From the NCBI GenBank assembly GCA_965221875.1, contig OZ244920.1, forward strand, positions 822,824-886,823: a stretch of DNA of 64,000 nucleotides, read 5' to 3'. Of this stretch, positions 37,470-46,788 are shown one piece after another (positions within the stretch are counted from its first letter, which is position 1; every line of letters starts with the position of its first letter). The stretch is from Thermodesulfobacteriota bacterium. GTDB taxonomy: Bacteria > Desulfobacterota_D > UBA1144 > Nemesobacterales > Nemesobacteraceae. Position numbers and translations under genes: made by a program. A model generated the notes under the pieces. The model did no database searches. It had not been told where the DNA came from and saw only the letters and a list, made by a program, of their open reading frames with translations.

Positions 37470-37703
37470 TTGGTCAAGATAAGATTGAGCAGGATAGGAT
37501 CCAAGAAGAGGCCGTTTTACAGGATAGTCGCTGCGGATGTCCGTTCCCCGCGCGACGGAAAGTTTCTTGAAATACTGGGACATTACGATCCTCGGAAAAA
37601 ACCTCACGAACTCAAGGTAGACATGGAAAGAGTAAAAGCGTGGATAGATAACGGCGCCAAGGCAACCAACAGGGTGAGCAAGCTTATGTCGCAGGTTACG
37701 TAG
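37470..37703 (+). CDS. rpsP: 30S ribosomal protein S16
   Basis: 77 aa. N-terminus is [23 protein letters not shown]. Confidence 0.9.
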   Translation: MVKIRLSRIGSKKRPFYRIVAADVRSPRDGKFLEILGHYDPRKKPHELKVDMERVKAWIDNGAKATNRVSKLMSQVT

Positions 37704-37756
37704 CATATTTTCTTCCAGGCGAAAATTCATACACAAAGATTCTAGTTTCAGGAGGG

Positions 37757-38005
37757 ATGCTCCTTATGAGTCAGCTCAAAGACTTTGTCGAATTCATGGC
37801 TAAATCCATTGTTGACAACCCCGAGGAGGTTCAGGTGACAGAGGTGGCGGGCGAGAAAACTACGGTTATTGAGCTTAGAGTGGCCTCCGAAGACTTGGGG
37901 AAGGTAATCGGAAAACAGGGAAGGACCGCAAAGGCGATTCGCAGTATATTGGGCGCCGCGGCCGCAAAAATGAAAAAACGCGCCGTCTTAGAGATCCTTG
38001 AATAG
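37757..38005 (+). CDS. KH-domain RNA-binding protein (UPF0109/YlqC-like)
   Basis: 82 aa. The GxxG KH motif is [16 protein letters not shown]. It holds the conserved position between rpsP and rimM. Confidence 0.8.
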   Translation: MLLMSQLKDFVEFMAKSIVDNPEEVQVTEVAGEKTTVIELRVASEDLGKVIGKQGRTAKAIRSILGAAAAKMKKRAVLEILE

Positions 38006-38007
38006 CA

Positions 38008-38541
38008 TTGCCGGAAAGCGCGAAACAAAACCTTGTTCTCTACGGGAAGATAACAAAAAGACATGGTCTTTACGGTGAGGTGAAGGTGTTCGCTTTCGGC
38101 GGACATCCCGAAACCCTATCCGGGATAGGAAAAGTCTATGTAGAAGTTCCCGGCCGCGAAGAACCCCGAAGATTCGGTTTGTCCCGGATAAAAATCCAGA
38201 AAAACGTTGCGATTGTTAAGCTAGAGGACGTCGATACCCCCGAGGCTGCCGATGCACTTAAAAATCTCCACGTGCTGGTCGAAAAAGACGATTTGCATCC
38301 CCCCGGAGAAGATGAATATTACTGGACTGACCTCATCGGGCTTCGGGTCTGTACCTCTCACGGAGATAATATTGGGGAGGTAGGGGATCTTATCGATTCG
38401 GGTGGATACGACATTCTCGTGATAAAGAGTCCGGAACGGGGGAAGGAATTTCTCGTTCCGTTTGTCAAAAAGTTCGTGACTGCGGTGGATCTTGAGGCTT
38501 TGATGATCACCGTGGAACCGGTTGAGGGACTCCTCGAGTAG
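38008..38541 (+). CDS. rimM: ribosome maturation factor RimM
   Basis: 177 aa. GKITKRHGLYGEVKV and a PRC-barrel C-terminus. It has the conserved position before trmD. Confidence 0.85.
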   Translation: MPESAKQNLVLYGKITKRHGLYGEVKVFAFGGHPETLSGIGKVYVEVPGREEPRRFGLSRIKIQKNVAIVKLEDVDTPEAADALKNLHVLVEKDDLHPPGEDEYYWTDLIGLRVCTSHGDNIGEVGDLIDSGGYDILVIKSPERGKEFLVPFVKKFVTAVDLEALMITVEPVEGLLE

Positions 38542-38556
38542 TCCGGTGATAGTGCG

Positions 38557-39855
38557 ATGAAGTTTGACATAGTAACAATTTTCCCCGGTTTTTTTGATTC
38601 CGTTTTTTCGTTCGGAGTGATAAGCAGGGCCGTTGAGAACAAGGCGGTGGAGATAAACGTCCACGACCTGAGAGCTTATTCAGCGGAGAAACATGGAAAA
38701 ACGGATGATACTCCGTACGGAGGGGGAAGCGGAATGCTCATGACCCCAGAACCGATAGGGAATGCCATCGGTCGTATAAGGGAAAAAGGACTTCGCTCCG
38801 CCGTAATCCTCACGACTCCCAAGGGAGAGGAATTTGATGACCGCAAGGCGCAGGAACTTTGCGGATTTGAGCAGCTGATAATCCTATGCGGTCGGTATGA
38901 AGGGGTGGACGAGAGGGTGAGTAAACTTTACGTCGACATGGAGATATCAACCGGGAAGTACATAAATTCCGGGGGAGAGTACGCATGTTCCCTGATAGTG
39001 GATGCCGTATCAAGATACCTTCCAGGAGTTCTCGGAAACACCGAGTCTCTTGCTTCTGAGTCTCTTACAAACGGGCTTCTTGAGTATCCTCAGTATACGA
39101 AGCCGCGTACATACAAGGGAAAGAAGGTTCCCGAGGTGCTTCTTTCGGGAGATCACGAAAAAATAAGGAGGTGGAGGAGGCGGGAGAGCATAAAAAACAC
39201 TTTCATGCAGAACCCCGCTTGCCTTGATGACGCGCAGCTCTCCGAAGAAGAAGATGCCTTTCTGAAAGGACTTAGGGCTGAGGATTCCCCCGGTTTCAGG
39301 GTTTACATAGCCCTTGTTCATTATCCGGCGTATAACAGCCGTCTCGAAGTTGTCCCGACAGCCTTTAAGAGCATAGATGCGCACGATATATCAAGGGATG
39401 CTACTACGTACGGAGTCAAAAAATTCTATCTGATAAACCCTGTCGAAGAGCAGCGCCGACTTGCAGGTAGACTCGTTGATCACTGGATCAATGGAGAGGG
39501 AAGAAATTTTAACGAGACCAAAAGCAAGGCTTTCGGCATCATAAGCATAATGAGTGCTATCGAGGAGGCCGTCGAGCAGATAGAGAAAATTGAAGGGGAA
39601 AAACCCAAAATAGTAGTTACTGACGCCCGCTTTTCAGATGATATGACTGGCTACCGGGATCTTCGGGAAAAAATATTCGAAAACACAGAGCCTTTTCTGA
39701 TTCTTTTTGGTACGGGATGGGGACTCACGCTTGAGACGATAAAGGCAGCCGATTATGTGCTGAAACCTATAAATGGCTACAGTGAATTCAACCATCTTTC
39801 GGTAAGAAGTGCGGCTGCCATAGTGCTTGACAGGCTGCTTTCCTGCGGAGCCTAA
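38557..39855 (+). CDS. trmD: tRNA (guanine37-N1)-methyltransferase TrmD fused to a second SPOUT-like domain
   Basis: 432 aa. Residues 1 to about 245 are TrmD (IVTIFPGFF, PYGGGSGMLM, CGRYEGVDER, SGGE, LLSGDHEKIRRWRR). Residues from about 255 to 432 form an extra domain ending LILFGTGWGL...EFNHLSVRSAAAIVLDRL, a SPOUT-type knot motif. Confidence 0.9.
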   Translation: MKFDIVTIFPGFFDSVFSFGVISRAVENKAVEINVHDLRAYSAEKHGKTDDTPYGGGSGMLMTPEPIGNAIGRIREKGLRSAVILTTPKGEEFDDRKAQELCGFEQLIILCGRYEGVDERVSKLYVDMEISTGKYINSGGEYACSLIVDAVSRYLPGVLGNTESLASESLTNGLLEYPQYTKPRTYKGKKVPEVLLSGDHEKIRRWRRRESIKNTFMQNPACLDDAQLSEEEDAFLKGLRAEDSPGFRVYIALVHYPAYNSRLEVVPTAFKSIDAHDISRDATTYGVKKFYLINPVEEQRRLAGRLVDHWINGEGRNFNETKSKAFGIISIMSAIEEAVEQIEKIEGEKPKIVVTDARFSDDMTGYRDLREKIFENTEPFLILFGTGWGLTLETIKAADYVLKPINGYSEFNHLSVRSAAAIVLDRLLSCGA

Positions 39856-39918
39856 TTCGTTGAGACTGGTGCTTTGAAGAGACCCCGAGAGCGACTGAAA
39901 AAAAGCCCTTCTAATATT

Positions 39919-39947
39919 TTGACAATCCCCAAGAGGTTCTGTATATT
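39919..39947 (+). promoter_or_regulatory. candidate sigma70 promoter upstream of rplS
   Basis: TTGACA (39919-39924), a 17-nt spacer, then TATATT (39942-39947). It lies about 30 nt upstream of the rplS ATG. Confidence 0.5.
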
Positions 39948-39977
39948 CAACATCCCGCGAAAAGGAAGATTAAGAGA

Positions 39978-40322
39978 ATGGGAATTATAGCAGAAGTTGA
40001 AAAAAAGCACCTGAGAACAGACCTGCCGGAGTTTCGCGCCGGGGACACGGTATCGGTCCACTACAACATCAAGGAAGGTGAAAGGAGAAGGATCCAGGTC
40101 TTCGAAGGTACCGTGATAGCCAAAAAAGGTTCCGGCTTCAGGGAGACTTTCACGGTAAGGAAGGTTTCCTACGGTATTGGTGTTGAGAGAATTTTCCCCC
40201 TGCATTCCCCGCTTATAGGGAAAATAGAAGTAAAAAGAAAAGGCCGCGTAAGAAGAGCCAAGCTTTACTATCTAAGAGGTCTTTCAAAGAAAGCCAGCAG
40301 AATAAGGGAGAGAACCTCCTAG
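39978..40322 (+). CDS. rplS: 50S ribosomal protein L19
   Basis: 114 aa. [36 protein letters not shown]. Confidence 0.95.
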   Translation: MGIIAEVEKKHLRTDLPEFRAGDTVSVHYNIKEGERRRIQVFEGTVIAKKGSGFRETFTVRKVSYGIGVERIFPLHSPLIGKIEVKRKGRVRRAKLYYLRGLSKKASRIRERTS

Positions 40323-41062
40323 TCCGCGGCTTTTGCAGTTCCGTCAGTCTCGCCGTTTCCGGCATCCTCCATCTTGCCCATTACATGAGCCATTCTCTCT
40401 ATTGAAGTGTAGAAGGAAAAGAGGAAGAGAATGATGACTGAGAGTTTCAGAAGGTAATCCCTGCTTTCAAGTCCCATAAGGAAGGTAACTATATTGCCAA
40501 GGAAGTTAAACGCCGCTAGGACTCCCAAGTAAACTACCCTTTCAGCCCTCTGCATCATTCCCACCTCGCAGTCGATTCCAAGTCCCTCAGCTCTGGCTTT
40601 TGTGTAACTGACCATCATGGAGCAGCTGACTATAAGGAAAACGATATAAACCAAAAAGGTGTCTCTGAAAAAGCTCAGAAGACCCAGGTAGATAAGAACT
40701 TCTGAATATCTGTCCACGCAAGAGTCAAAAAAAGCTCCCTTGGGTGAATTAAGGCCTTGGGCTCTTGCCACTCTCCCATCGAAGATGTCAAAAGTCGAGC
40801 CGGCCAGCAGCAGGACTCCGGCTATGAAAATCATGCCCAGATGGAAAAACCACCCCGCAAGTGCGGAAACCACTAGGGTAGTAATGGTGAGTACGTTGGG
40901 GCGAAATTTCCTTTCTATAAGAAAATCCTCTATGGGTTTCATGAGAAAAACCCACCAGGACTTGATCCCGCCTGAGAGAAGTTTGGAGGAGTCCGGTTTT
41001 CTTCCGGTCTTAGATCTCTCGTCAGCGTCCTCGGGGCTAGGTGTTGACCATTCGTTTTCCAT
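40319..41062 (-). CDS. CDP-alcohol phosphatidyltransferase family protein
   Basis: 247 aa and multi-TM. The motif D-x2-DG-x2-AR-x8-G-x3-D-x3-D is present as [26 protein letters not shown]. Confidence 0.8.
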   Translation of the reverse strand: MENEWSTPSPEDADERSKTGRKPDSSKLLSGGIKSWWVFLMKPIEDFLIERKFRPNVLTITTLVVSALAGWFFHLGMIFIAGVLLLAGSTFDIFDGRVARAQGLNSPKGAFFDSCVDRYSEVLIYLGLLSFFRDTFLVYIVFLIVSCSMMVSYTKARAEGLGIDCEVGMMQRAERVVYLGVLAAFNFLGNIVTFLMGLESRDYLLKLSVIILFLFSFYTSIERMAHVMGKMEDAGNGETDGTAKAAD

Positions 41063-41133
41063 GAAAAGATAATACCCTGTAACTTGCTCTGTAGTCTATT
41101 GCGAGAAGACGGCATACAGCCGTCCTCTAACGT

Positions 41134-41661
41134 TCAGTCGTTAACAGTTACGTAGAACTTGAAATCCCTTTCTCTTTCCTTTATCTCGTTTCCGTATTCT
41201 CGTGCCTGTTCCTTGGATTGAAAGGTTCCTATCCTCACTCTGTAGAAGGTTGTGATTTCAGAAGGCGAGTACTCCCTTATAAAAGCGGGATGTCCCCTGT
41301 CTTTGTAGAATCTCACAGTTCTGTTAGCGACTTTCTTGCTCAGGAAAGAGCTGACCTGAATGGTGTATTTATGGTCAGGATTGATCATGGCTGACAGGTA
41401 CTTGTCACGGGCGGATGTGTCTTTTTCATCCGGAGTGACGACCGGTTTTTCCACTTCGCCGCTTGGGGTTTTCTCTCGTGAGGCAAACGAAAACAGTTTT
41501 TCCAGCAGTCCGGGAGATTTTTCCGCCGAGACAGGCTCGTCCGCGGGGATAAATTTTTTCCCCACCACGACTCCCAGGGAAAACACCATTGTGAAAACAA
41601 CGAGAAAAACCAGAGAAAGCCGCAAAATCCGGGGATTTTTTCCTTTTTTTTCTTCAGCCAT
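41134..41661 (-). CDS. SPOR-domain membrane protein
   Basis: 175 aa with an N-terminal TM. The C-terminal SPOR pattern is YTIQVSSFLSKKVANRTV...YRVRIGTFQSKEQAREY. Confidence 0.7.
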   Translation of the reverse strand: MAEEKKGKNPRILRLSLVFLVVFTMVFSLGVVVGKKFIPADEPVSAEKSPGLLEKLFSFASREKTPSGEVEKPVVTPDEKDTSARDKYLSAMINPDHKYTIQVSSFLSKKVANRTVRFYKDRGHPAFIREYSPSEITTFYRVRIGTFQSKEQAREYGNEIKERERDFKFYVTVND

Positions 41662-41662
41662 T

Positions 41663-43336
41663 TTACATGCTTCTGGGGGCCTTTATTCCGAGAAGACCGA
41701 GACCGTTTTCTATTACCACCTGTACGCAGCGTGCCAGGTAAAGCCTTGCGGAGGCCATACCGGCATTCTCCGAGTCCAGAATTCTCGTCTTATTGTAATA
41801 AAAATGGAACTCGGCCGCCAATTCCTGAAGATAATAAACCACTTTGTGCGGGGAAAGCGACTCGGCCGCCGAACGGACTACTTCGGGGAACCTGAGAAGT
41901 GTTTTCATTATGCTTCGCTCCTCATCGTCTGAAAGGAGATTAAGATGCTCCTCCGAGGCACTGACTCCCGCTTCCTCGGAGTTTCTTATCAGACTTGAAA
42001 TTCTGGCGTTTGCGTACTGAACATAGTAAACGGGATTTTCGCTGGATTCTTTTTTCGCCAGTGAAAGATCGAAATCAAGGTGACTGTCGGAGCTTCTCAT
42101 GAGCAAAAAGAATCTTGTGGCGTCACACCCGACTTCGCGAAGCACTTCGCGAAGCGTAACGAAATCTCCCGCTCTTTTCGACATCGGGACTTCCACCCCG
42201 TCTCTTACGAGCCTAACGAATTGTATAAGGAGCACACTTAGGGAAGATTCATTCAGGCCGAGAGCCTTCATGGAGGACTTGAGACGCGATACGTGGCTGT
42301 GGTGATCGGCCCCCCAGACGTTTATTAGCTTGGAAAATCCTCTTGAATATTTATCCACATGATAAGCTATGTCAGATAGAAAGTAAGTCGGAGAACCGTC
42401 TTTTTTTATTATTACCCAGTCCTTGCCGTCCCCGTACAGGGAAGCCCTGAACCAGAGCGCCTGCTCCTTTTTCTCGACTGCCCCAATATCCTCGAGTTTG
42501 GAAAGGGTGTTACCCAGTTTTCCCTCTTGCGAACCGCGGCCGTGTATTTCGGTTCTCTCGCTGTACCAGTTGTCAAAATCGACTCTCAGGTCCGCGAGGT
42601 CAGTTTTTATTTCCTCAAGAAGCCTTGAGTAGGCAAACTCCCTGCAGAGCTCGATAGCTTCCGATTCATCCCCGGGCACTTGAGGGCATTCTTCCGATTT
42701 CTCTATTTCCCCGGCGAGTTCCGAGATGTACTCTCCGCGATAGCCGTCTTCAGGAAGCTCTCTTTGGAGTCCGCGGGACCTCGCAAGAGCCGAGTATACC
42801 GACTCGCCGAGCATATCCATCTGTTTGCCCGCGTCATTTATGTAGAACTCTCTGGTCACCTCGTATCCGCAAAAGGAAAGTATTCTGCACACCGAGTCCC
42901 CGACAACGGCGTTTCGGGCGTGGCCGAAATGAAGGTAGCCCGTAGGATTGGCGCTTACGAATTCAACTATCACTTTCTCTGCGGAACCCTCGCGGGAGGC
43001 TCCGTACTTTTCGCAGAGACGGAGAATTTCTCTTAGTTGTGATTCGAACAGGGTTTCGTTAACGAAGAAGTTTATGAATCCCGGCCCCGCGATATCAAGC
43101 CTTTCTATGAAACCGTGGCGGCGCTGCTCTATTGCCTCGACTATTTTTTGCGCGACTTCGCGGGGATTTTCACCCTTCATGCTTCCTATGACGAGCGCCG
43201 CATTCGTGGAGAAATCTCCGAACTCCTTTTTTTTCGGTACCGATACCTCGAACTCTGTTTCCTTTCCCGTTGGATTTCCGGGTAACGCGAGCGAATCCAC
43301 GGACTCTTTTATGATTTTCAGTATTTCGTCTTTCAT
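41663..43336 (-). CDS. argS: arginine--tRNA ligase
   Basis: The HIGH region is SANPTGYLHFGHARN and the KMSK-like motif is VPMSKRAG. The ATG at 43336 (MKDEILKII) is preferred over the track start at 43384, which overlaps the upstream gene. Confidence 0.95.
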   Translation of the reverse strand: MKDEILKIIKESVDSLALPGNPTGKETEFEVSVPKKKEFGDFSTNAALVIGSMKGENPREVAQKIVEAIEQRRHGFIERLDIAGPGFINFFVNETLFESQLREILRLCEKYGASREGSAEKVIVEFVSANPTGYLHFGHARNAVVGDSVCRILSFCGYEVTREFYINDAGKQMDMLGESVYSALARSRGLQRELPEDGYRGEYISELAGEIEKSEECPQVPGDESEAIELCREFAYSRLLEEIKTDLADLRVDFDNWYSERTEIHGRGSQEGKLGNTLSKLEDIGAVEKKEQALWFRASLYGDGKDWVIIKKDGSPTYFLSDIAYHVDKYSRGFSKLINVWGADHHSHVSRLKSSMKALGLNESSLSVLLIQFVRLVRDGVEVPMSKRAGDFVTLREVLREVGCDATRFFLLMRSSDSHLDFDLSLAKKESSENPVYYVQYANARISSLIRNSEEAGVSASEEHLNLLSDDEERSIMKTLLRFPEVVRSAAESLSPHKVVYYLQELAAEFHFYYNKTRILDSENAGMASARLYLARCVQVVIENGLGLLGIKAPRSM

Positions 43337-43355
43337 GGGTTTTTTGCGACCTGAC

Positions 43356-43979
43356 TTACTCGACGGGAGGGTGCAGGTGATCAATATCGTTAAGGGATAT
43401 TATAACGAACCTGTCATCGTATATTTCAACGACGCTTTTTGAGGCTTCTTCTACTATGTAATCGCGCAATTTCTTAAGAGAGCTCCCGGTAAAGCTGCAA
43501 AGCAGCGTGCCTATAACCATATTGTGGCTTACGACGACTATGTTCTGTGATCCGAAACGGTTTTTAATATCTGCTATGGCGTCAAGAGCTCTTTGCTGAA
43601 CGCCTTTTAATGACTCTCCGCCCGGTAACTGCAGGGTTTCCGGGTCTTTGCGCCAGTGCTCAAGCACGTCAGAATATTTCTCTCTTATGTAAGAGAAATC
43701 AAGGCCCTCGAAAATCCCCTGATCCATTTCCCGCAGATCATCCCTGATGTCAACGTCAATTGAGTGATACGCGGCGATTTTCTCCGCCGTCGTCTTCGCC
43801 CTTGCGAGGTTGCTTGAGTATATGCGGTCGATAATCTCGTCCTTAAGAGAGAAAGCCACCTTCTCCGCCTGCTCCTCTCCGGCGGTGTTAAGCGGAACAT
43901 CGCTTATCCCCTGGCATCTTCCGCTTTCGTTCCAGTCTGTTTTTCCGTGTCTTACGAGTATAAGCCGCATGTGAGTCAC
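43356..43979 (-). CDS. histidine phosphatase family protein (PGM/CobC-like)
   Basis: 207 aa. The RHG motif is LVRHGKTDWN and a downstream HN motif is VVVSHNMVIG. Confidence 0.8.
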   Translation of the reverse strand: MTHMRLILVRHGKTDWNESGRCQGISDVPLNTAGEEQAEKVAFSLKDEIIDRIYSSNLARAKTTAEKIAAYHSIDVDIRDDLREMDQGIFEGLDFSYIREKYSDVLEHWRKDPETLQLPGGESLKGVQQRALDAIADIKNRFGSQNIVVVSHNMVIGTLLCSFTGSSLKKLRDYIVEEASKSVVEIYDDRFVIISLNDIDHLHPPVE

Positions 43980-44836
43980 TTTTTGCTTTGACAGGAGATG
44001 ACAAAGAAATCTGACTTTATTCTTTCTCTCAGCTCACTTGGCGGAGGAGGGAGAGGCGAAGAGTCCTCTACGGCCTTTATGCAGTAAGAGTCGAACTTCA
44101 CGTTTCCGGAACTTCTTTCTATTCCCACATCGTACACTTCGCCGGTTTCTGTCATGTAAAAATTTACCTGAGCCGCGAGAAGGATGCTGGAATCTATGTT
44201 AAGTGGCAGGATCAGGTTTCTCTGTATTCGTTTCGATATTGTTCTGTAATAGACGTCAAGCACAAGTGATATGACTCCCGGGCCGGATTCTTTGGAAGCC
44301 GGTTCGACAGACGCTTGTTGGGTGCTTTTCTTGATGCTGCTTAAAACGGATTCCTTTTTGATGTTCCTGATCACTTCTTTTCTCCCGGATTCAAAAGCTT
44401 TTTTCTCAGCGGCATCTTCTTTCTTTTTGGTTTCCGGTTGTGTGCTCGGCGGTGTCTCCTTGCTTGCCGCTGCAGGTTCTTTTGGCTTGGGGGCGGGTTT
44501 TGTCTTTGCAGGGGCGCTTCTGGGTTTCTTTTCTTTTTTCGGTGCCGCAGCCTTCGGGCGCGCTTTTTTCTTCTGGGGAGGCTTTACCTGCTCCTTCGGA
44601 GGTTTTTTGATTTTCTTTGCGGTTTTCTCCGGTTTCCGGGGATTGCCGGGAGTCTTGGCAGCTGATTTTTTCTCGCTGGCACGCGGAGCTTGGGTTGAGA
44701 GTGACACTTCTATTGATTGCTCAGGGGAGACCTGCTCGTGCCTTCCGACTCCAAGAGCAAGCAGGCAGACAATCAGCAGATGAAGACCCAGGGAAATAAA
44801 AAACCCCTTACGAAACTGATTCTTTTCTCCCTTCAT
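43976..44836 (-). CDS. TonB/TolA-like energy-transducer protein
   Basis: 286 aa. An N-terminal TM is followed by a Lys/Pro-rich linker (KPPKEQVKPPQKKKARPKAAAPKKEKKP) and a TonB-C-like C-terminus. It lies downstream of the ExbB/ExbD-like genes. Confidence 0.6.
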   Translation of the reverse strand: MKGEKNQFRKGFFISLGLHLLIVCLLALGVGRHEQVSPEQSIEVSLSTQAPRASEKKSAAKTPGNPRKPEKTAKKIKKPPKEQVKPPQKKKARPKAAAPKKEKKPRSAPAKTKPAPKPKEPAAASKETPPSTQPETKKKEDAAEKKAFESGRKEVIRNIKKESVLSSIKKSTQQASVEPASKESGPGVISLVLDVYYRTISKRIQRNLILPLNIDSSILLAAQVNFYMTETGEVYDVGIERSSGNVKFDSYCIKAVEDSSPLPPPPSELRERIKSDFFVISCQSKK

Positions 44837-44852
44837 CTTTTTACATGTCCGC

Positions 44853-45296
44853 TTATTTGTCCCTTATGTTCTTTGACTCCGTGATCAGGCTCAGCTTTTC
44901 AACGCCAGTTTTCTTTACCTCGTCTATGACCTTTACCACGAATCCGTATTTGACTGATTTATCGGCTCTGAGAAAAACCCGTCCGTTCTCGGGCGTGGTT
45001 CCCTCCGCCGCCATTAATTTACTGAGAGCGGCTGCGATTTCTCGAAGCGAGTAGCGTGTGTCCTCAAGAAATATATTTCCGGATTTGGTTATGGTCACGG
45101 TTATCTGTTTCTGGTCTTTTACCGGGATTTTGGAAGATGCCGTCTGCGGAAGGCTCACCTTGACTCCCTGGTAAAGTATGGGAGTTGTGACCATGAAGAT
45201 AACCAGCAGAACCAGCATTACGTCGACAAACGGGGTGACGTTTATCTCGGAGAGAACTGACTTGCGCTGTCCGACATTAAAATTCCCTGCTGCCAT
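44853..45296 (-). CDS. ExbD/TolR-family biopolymer transport protein
   Basis: 147 aa. INVTPFVDVMLVLLVIFM is the family signature. Confidence 0.85.
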   Translation of the reverse strand: MAAGNFNVGQRKSVLSEINVTPFVDVMLVLLVIFMVTTPILYQGVKVSLPQTASSKIPVKDQKQITVTITKSGNIFLEDTRYSLREIAAALSKLMAAEGTTPENGRVFLRADKSVKYGFVVKVIDEVKKTGVEKLSLITESKNIRDK

Positions 45297-45312
45297 GAGG
45301 CGAAATTCTCCG

Positions 45313-46029
45313 CTACCTGTTTAAATACCGCTCCGCCGTGTTCAGAAATCCGGCGCAGAAATGCTCCATTTCCACCTCCATGGCCCTTACTCTGTTGACG
45401 AAGTAGTTATAGGCTATTGTGGCGGGGATGGCGGCCGCAAGGCCGATAGCGGTCGCTATAAGCGCCTCCGCGATTCCCGGAGCCACGACCTCAAGCGAGG
45501 GAACCCCTTTGCTTCCCGCAAGTCCTATAAAGGAGTTCATAATTCCCCACACGGTTCCGAACAGTCCTATGAACGGAGCTGAACTGCCGGTGGTTGCCAG
45601 GAAAACCAGAGATTTTTCAAGTTTCGAAGCCTCTTTGGTCATCGCTCTGTTAAGCGCCCTCTCCACAAGGTCTATGGATTCGGAGCGGGAAGAAATATCT
45701 GCGGGCCCATTTGGGTCAAGTTCGCTACGGCTTTTCTTCTTGTCCGTTTTTATTACTTCCGCGTAGCCGGCCCTGAACAGCTCGGCAACCGGACCGCCGA
45801 CTTTCTCCGAGAAGGAAAGAAGCGATCTCATGTCTTCGTTTGAATGGTAAAGATTGAGAAACGCGGTTGATTTTTTGGAAGAACTTCTTAGAAGGCGGAA
45901 TTTCGTGTAGATAATCGCCCAGGAAAAAACAGACATGAAAACTAGAAGCAGAAGCACGGCCTTGACCACCGGCCCGGTGCTTACAAGCAACATTAATACG
46001 TTGTTCGTTCCTTCCGTGAAGAGATTCAT
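45313..46029 (-). CDS. MotA/TolQ/ExbB-family proton channel
   Basis: 238 aa with 3 TM. Conserved segment is LATTGSSAPFIGLFGTVWGIM ... GIAEALIATAIGL. Confidence 0.85.
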   Translation of the reverse strand: MNLFTEGTNNVLMLLVSTGPVVKAVLLLLVFMSVFSWAIIYTKFRLLRSSSKKSTAFLNLYHSNEDMRSLLSFSEKVGGPVAELFRAGYAEVIKTDKKKSRSELDPNGPADISSRSESIDLVERALNRAMTKEASKLEKSLVFLATTGSSAPFIGLFGTVWGIMNSFIGLAGSKGVPSLEVVAPGIAEALIATAIGLAAAIPATIAYNYFVNRVRAMEVEMEHFCAGFLNTAERYLNR

Positions 46030-46060
46030 AAAGTGGGTCTAGGAGAAAATCGAAAACCCT

Positions 46061-46125
46061 CGTTCCGCCCATAAACTCATGTCGCGGGCGACACTCAGAT
46101 GGATAACCTGATTATGGACGGAACG
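46061..46125. repeat. nested inverted repeat in the exbB-like / hypothetical-gene intergenic region
   Basis: Outer arms CGTTCCGCCCAT (46061-46072) and ATGGACGGAACG (46114-46125) pair at 11 of 12 positions. The inner hairpin is TGTCGC-GG-GCGACA (46080-46093). Confidence 0.6.
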
Positions 46126-46318
46126 ATGACCGCCGCATAAATCAAACCGTAAAATCCTACATTCTAACCTACCTGTTTTGAGGAAAAGATAAAATCGCTC
46201 GAAAATTGTGTTTGGGGTTCTAATTAAAACGTTGCGCCGGCGGATTGATGCCGTTACCCTTTTGTCATTCAGGTATTTGGAATTAAAAAGGTTTGAATTT
46301 TCAACAGGGAGGGATTTT

Positions 46319-46765
46319 ATGTCGAAAAAACATTGTTTTCCGGCCGTTTTCATCTTGATTTTCTTCCTCGTGACCACCACGGTCGTTAGCGCGGAAGAGG
46401 ATAGGTATACGATTGTAGTGGAAGAGAGTTTCTATACAGTGGCGCCCGAGAACCGCGAGGAATTTCTCAGGGTATACAGAACCCGTCTTTTTCCTTTCTG
46501 GCAGGAAATGAAAAAAAGAGGCATCACCGTTGACGATTACAGGATGTATTCACAGAGAATACATACCATAAAGCCGCTTTGGACCTACAAAACTGTGGTA
46601 AAATTCAAAAACTATGCGGCGATAGACGAGTGGCTTGAGGTGAGAGACGAAGTATACGGGAAATTATTTCCCGGGGAGAAGGGTTACAAGGAGCCGAGAA
46701 AAATAATAGACTCCATCTCCGGGAATCACTGGGATGAGTTCATAAGGGAAATACCGCTTGACTGA
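46319..46765 (+). CDS. secreted hypothetical protein
   Basis: 148 aa from the ATG at 46319, with AGGGAGGG SD upstream. Signal-peptide-like N-terminus (MSKKHCFPAVFILIFFLVTTTVVSAEE). No domain recognised. Confidence 0.5.
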   Translation: MSKKHCFPAVFILIFFLVTTTVVSAEEDRYTIVVEESFYTVAPENREEFLRVYRTRLFPFWQEMKKRGITVDDYRMYSQRIHTIKPLWTYKTVVKFKNYAAIDEWLEVRDEVYGKLFPGEKGYKEPRKIIDSISGNHWDEFIREIPLD

Positions 46766-46788
46766 AAGTCTTCAGCTTTTTGCTCGGG

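Noticed and set aside
38947-38979. Apparent loss of a catalytic Asp in TrmD (STGKY instead of SIGDY)
   Set aside because: Counting along E. coli TrmD shows the general base Asp169 lies in the interdomain linker (T-E-D-S-F), not in the SIGDY knot motif. At the linker position this protein has S-E-S-L, a conservative Glu. The by-eye alignment gives no evidence for an inactive TrmD.
43976-46029. MotA/ExbB-like plus ExbD-like genes as a possible Zorya-type defence module
   Set aside because: The sizes (238 and 147 aa) and motifs are those of ordinary ExbB/TolQ and ExbD/TolR, followed by a TonB/TolA-like protein. No large ZorA-like protein or nuclease/helicase partners are present.
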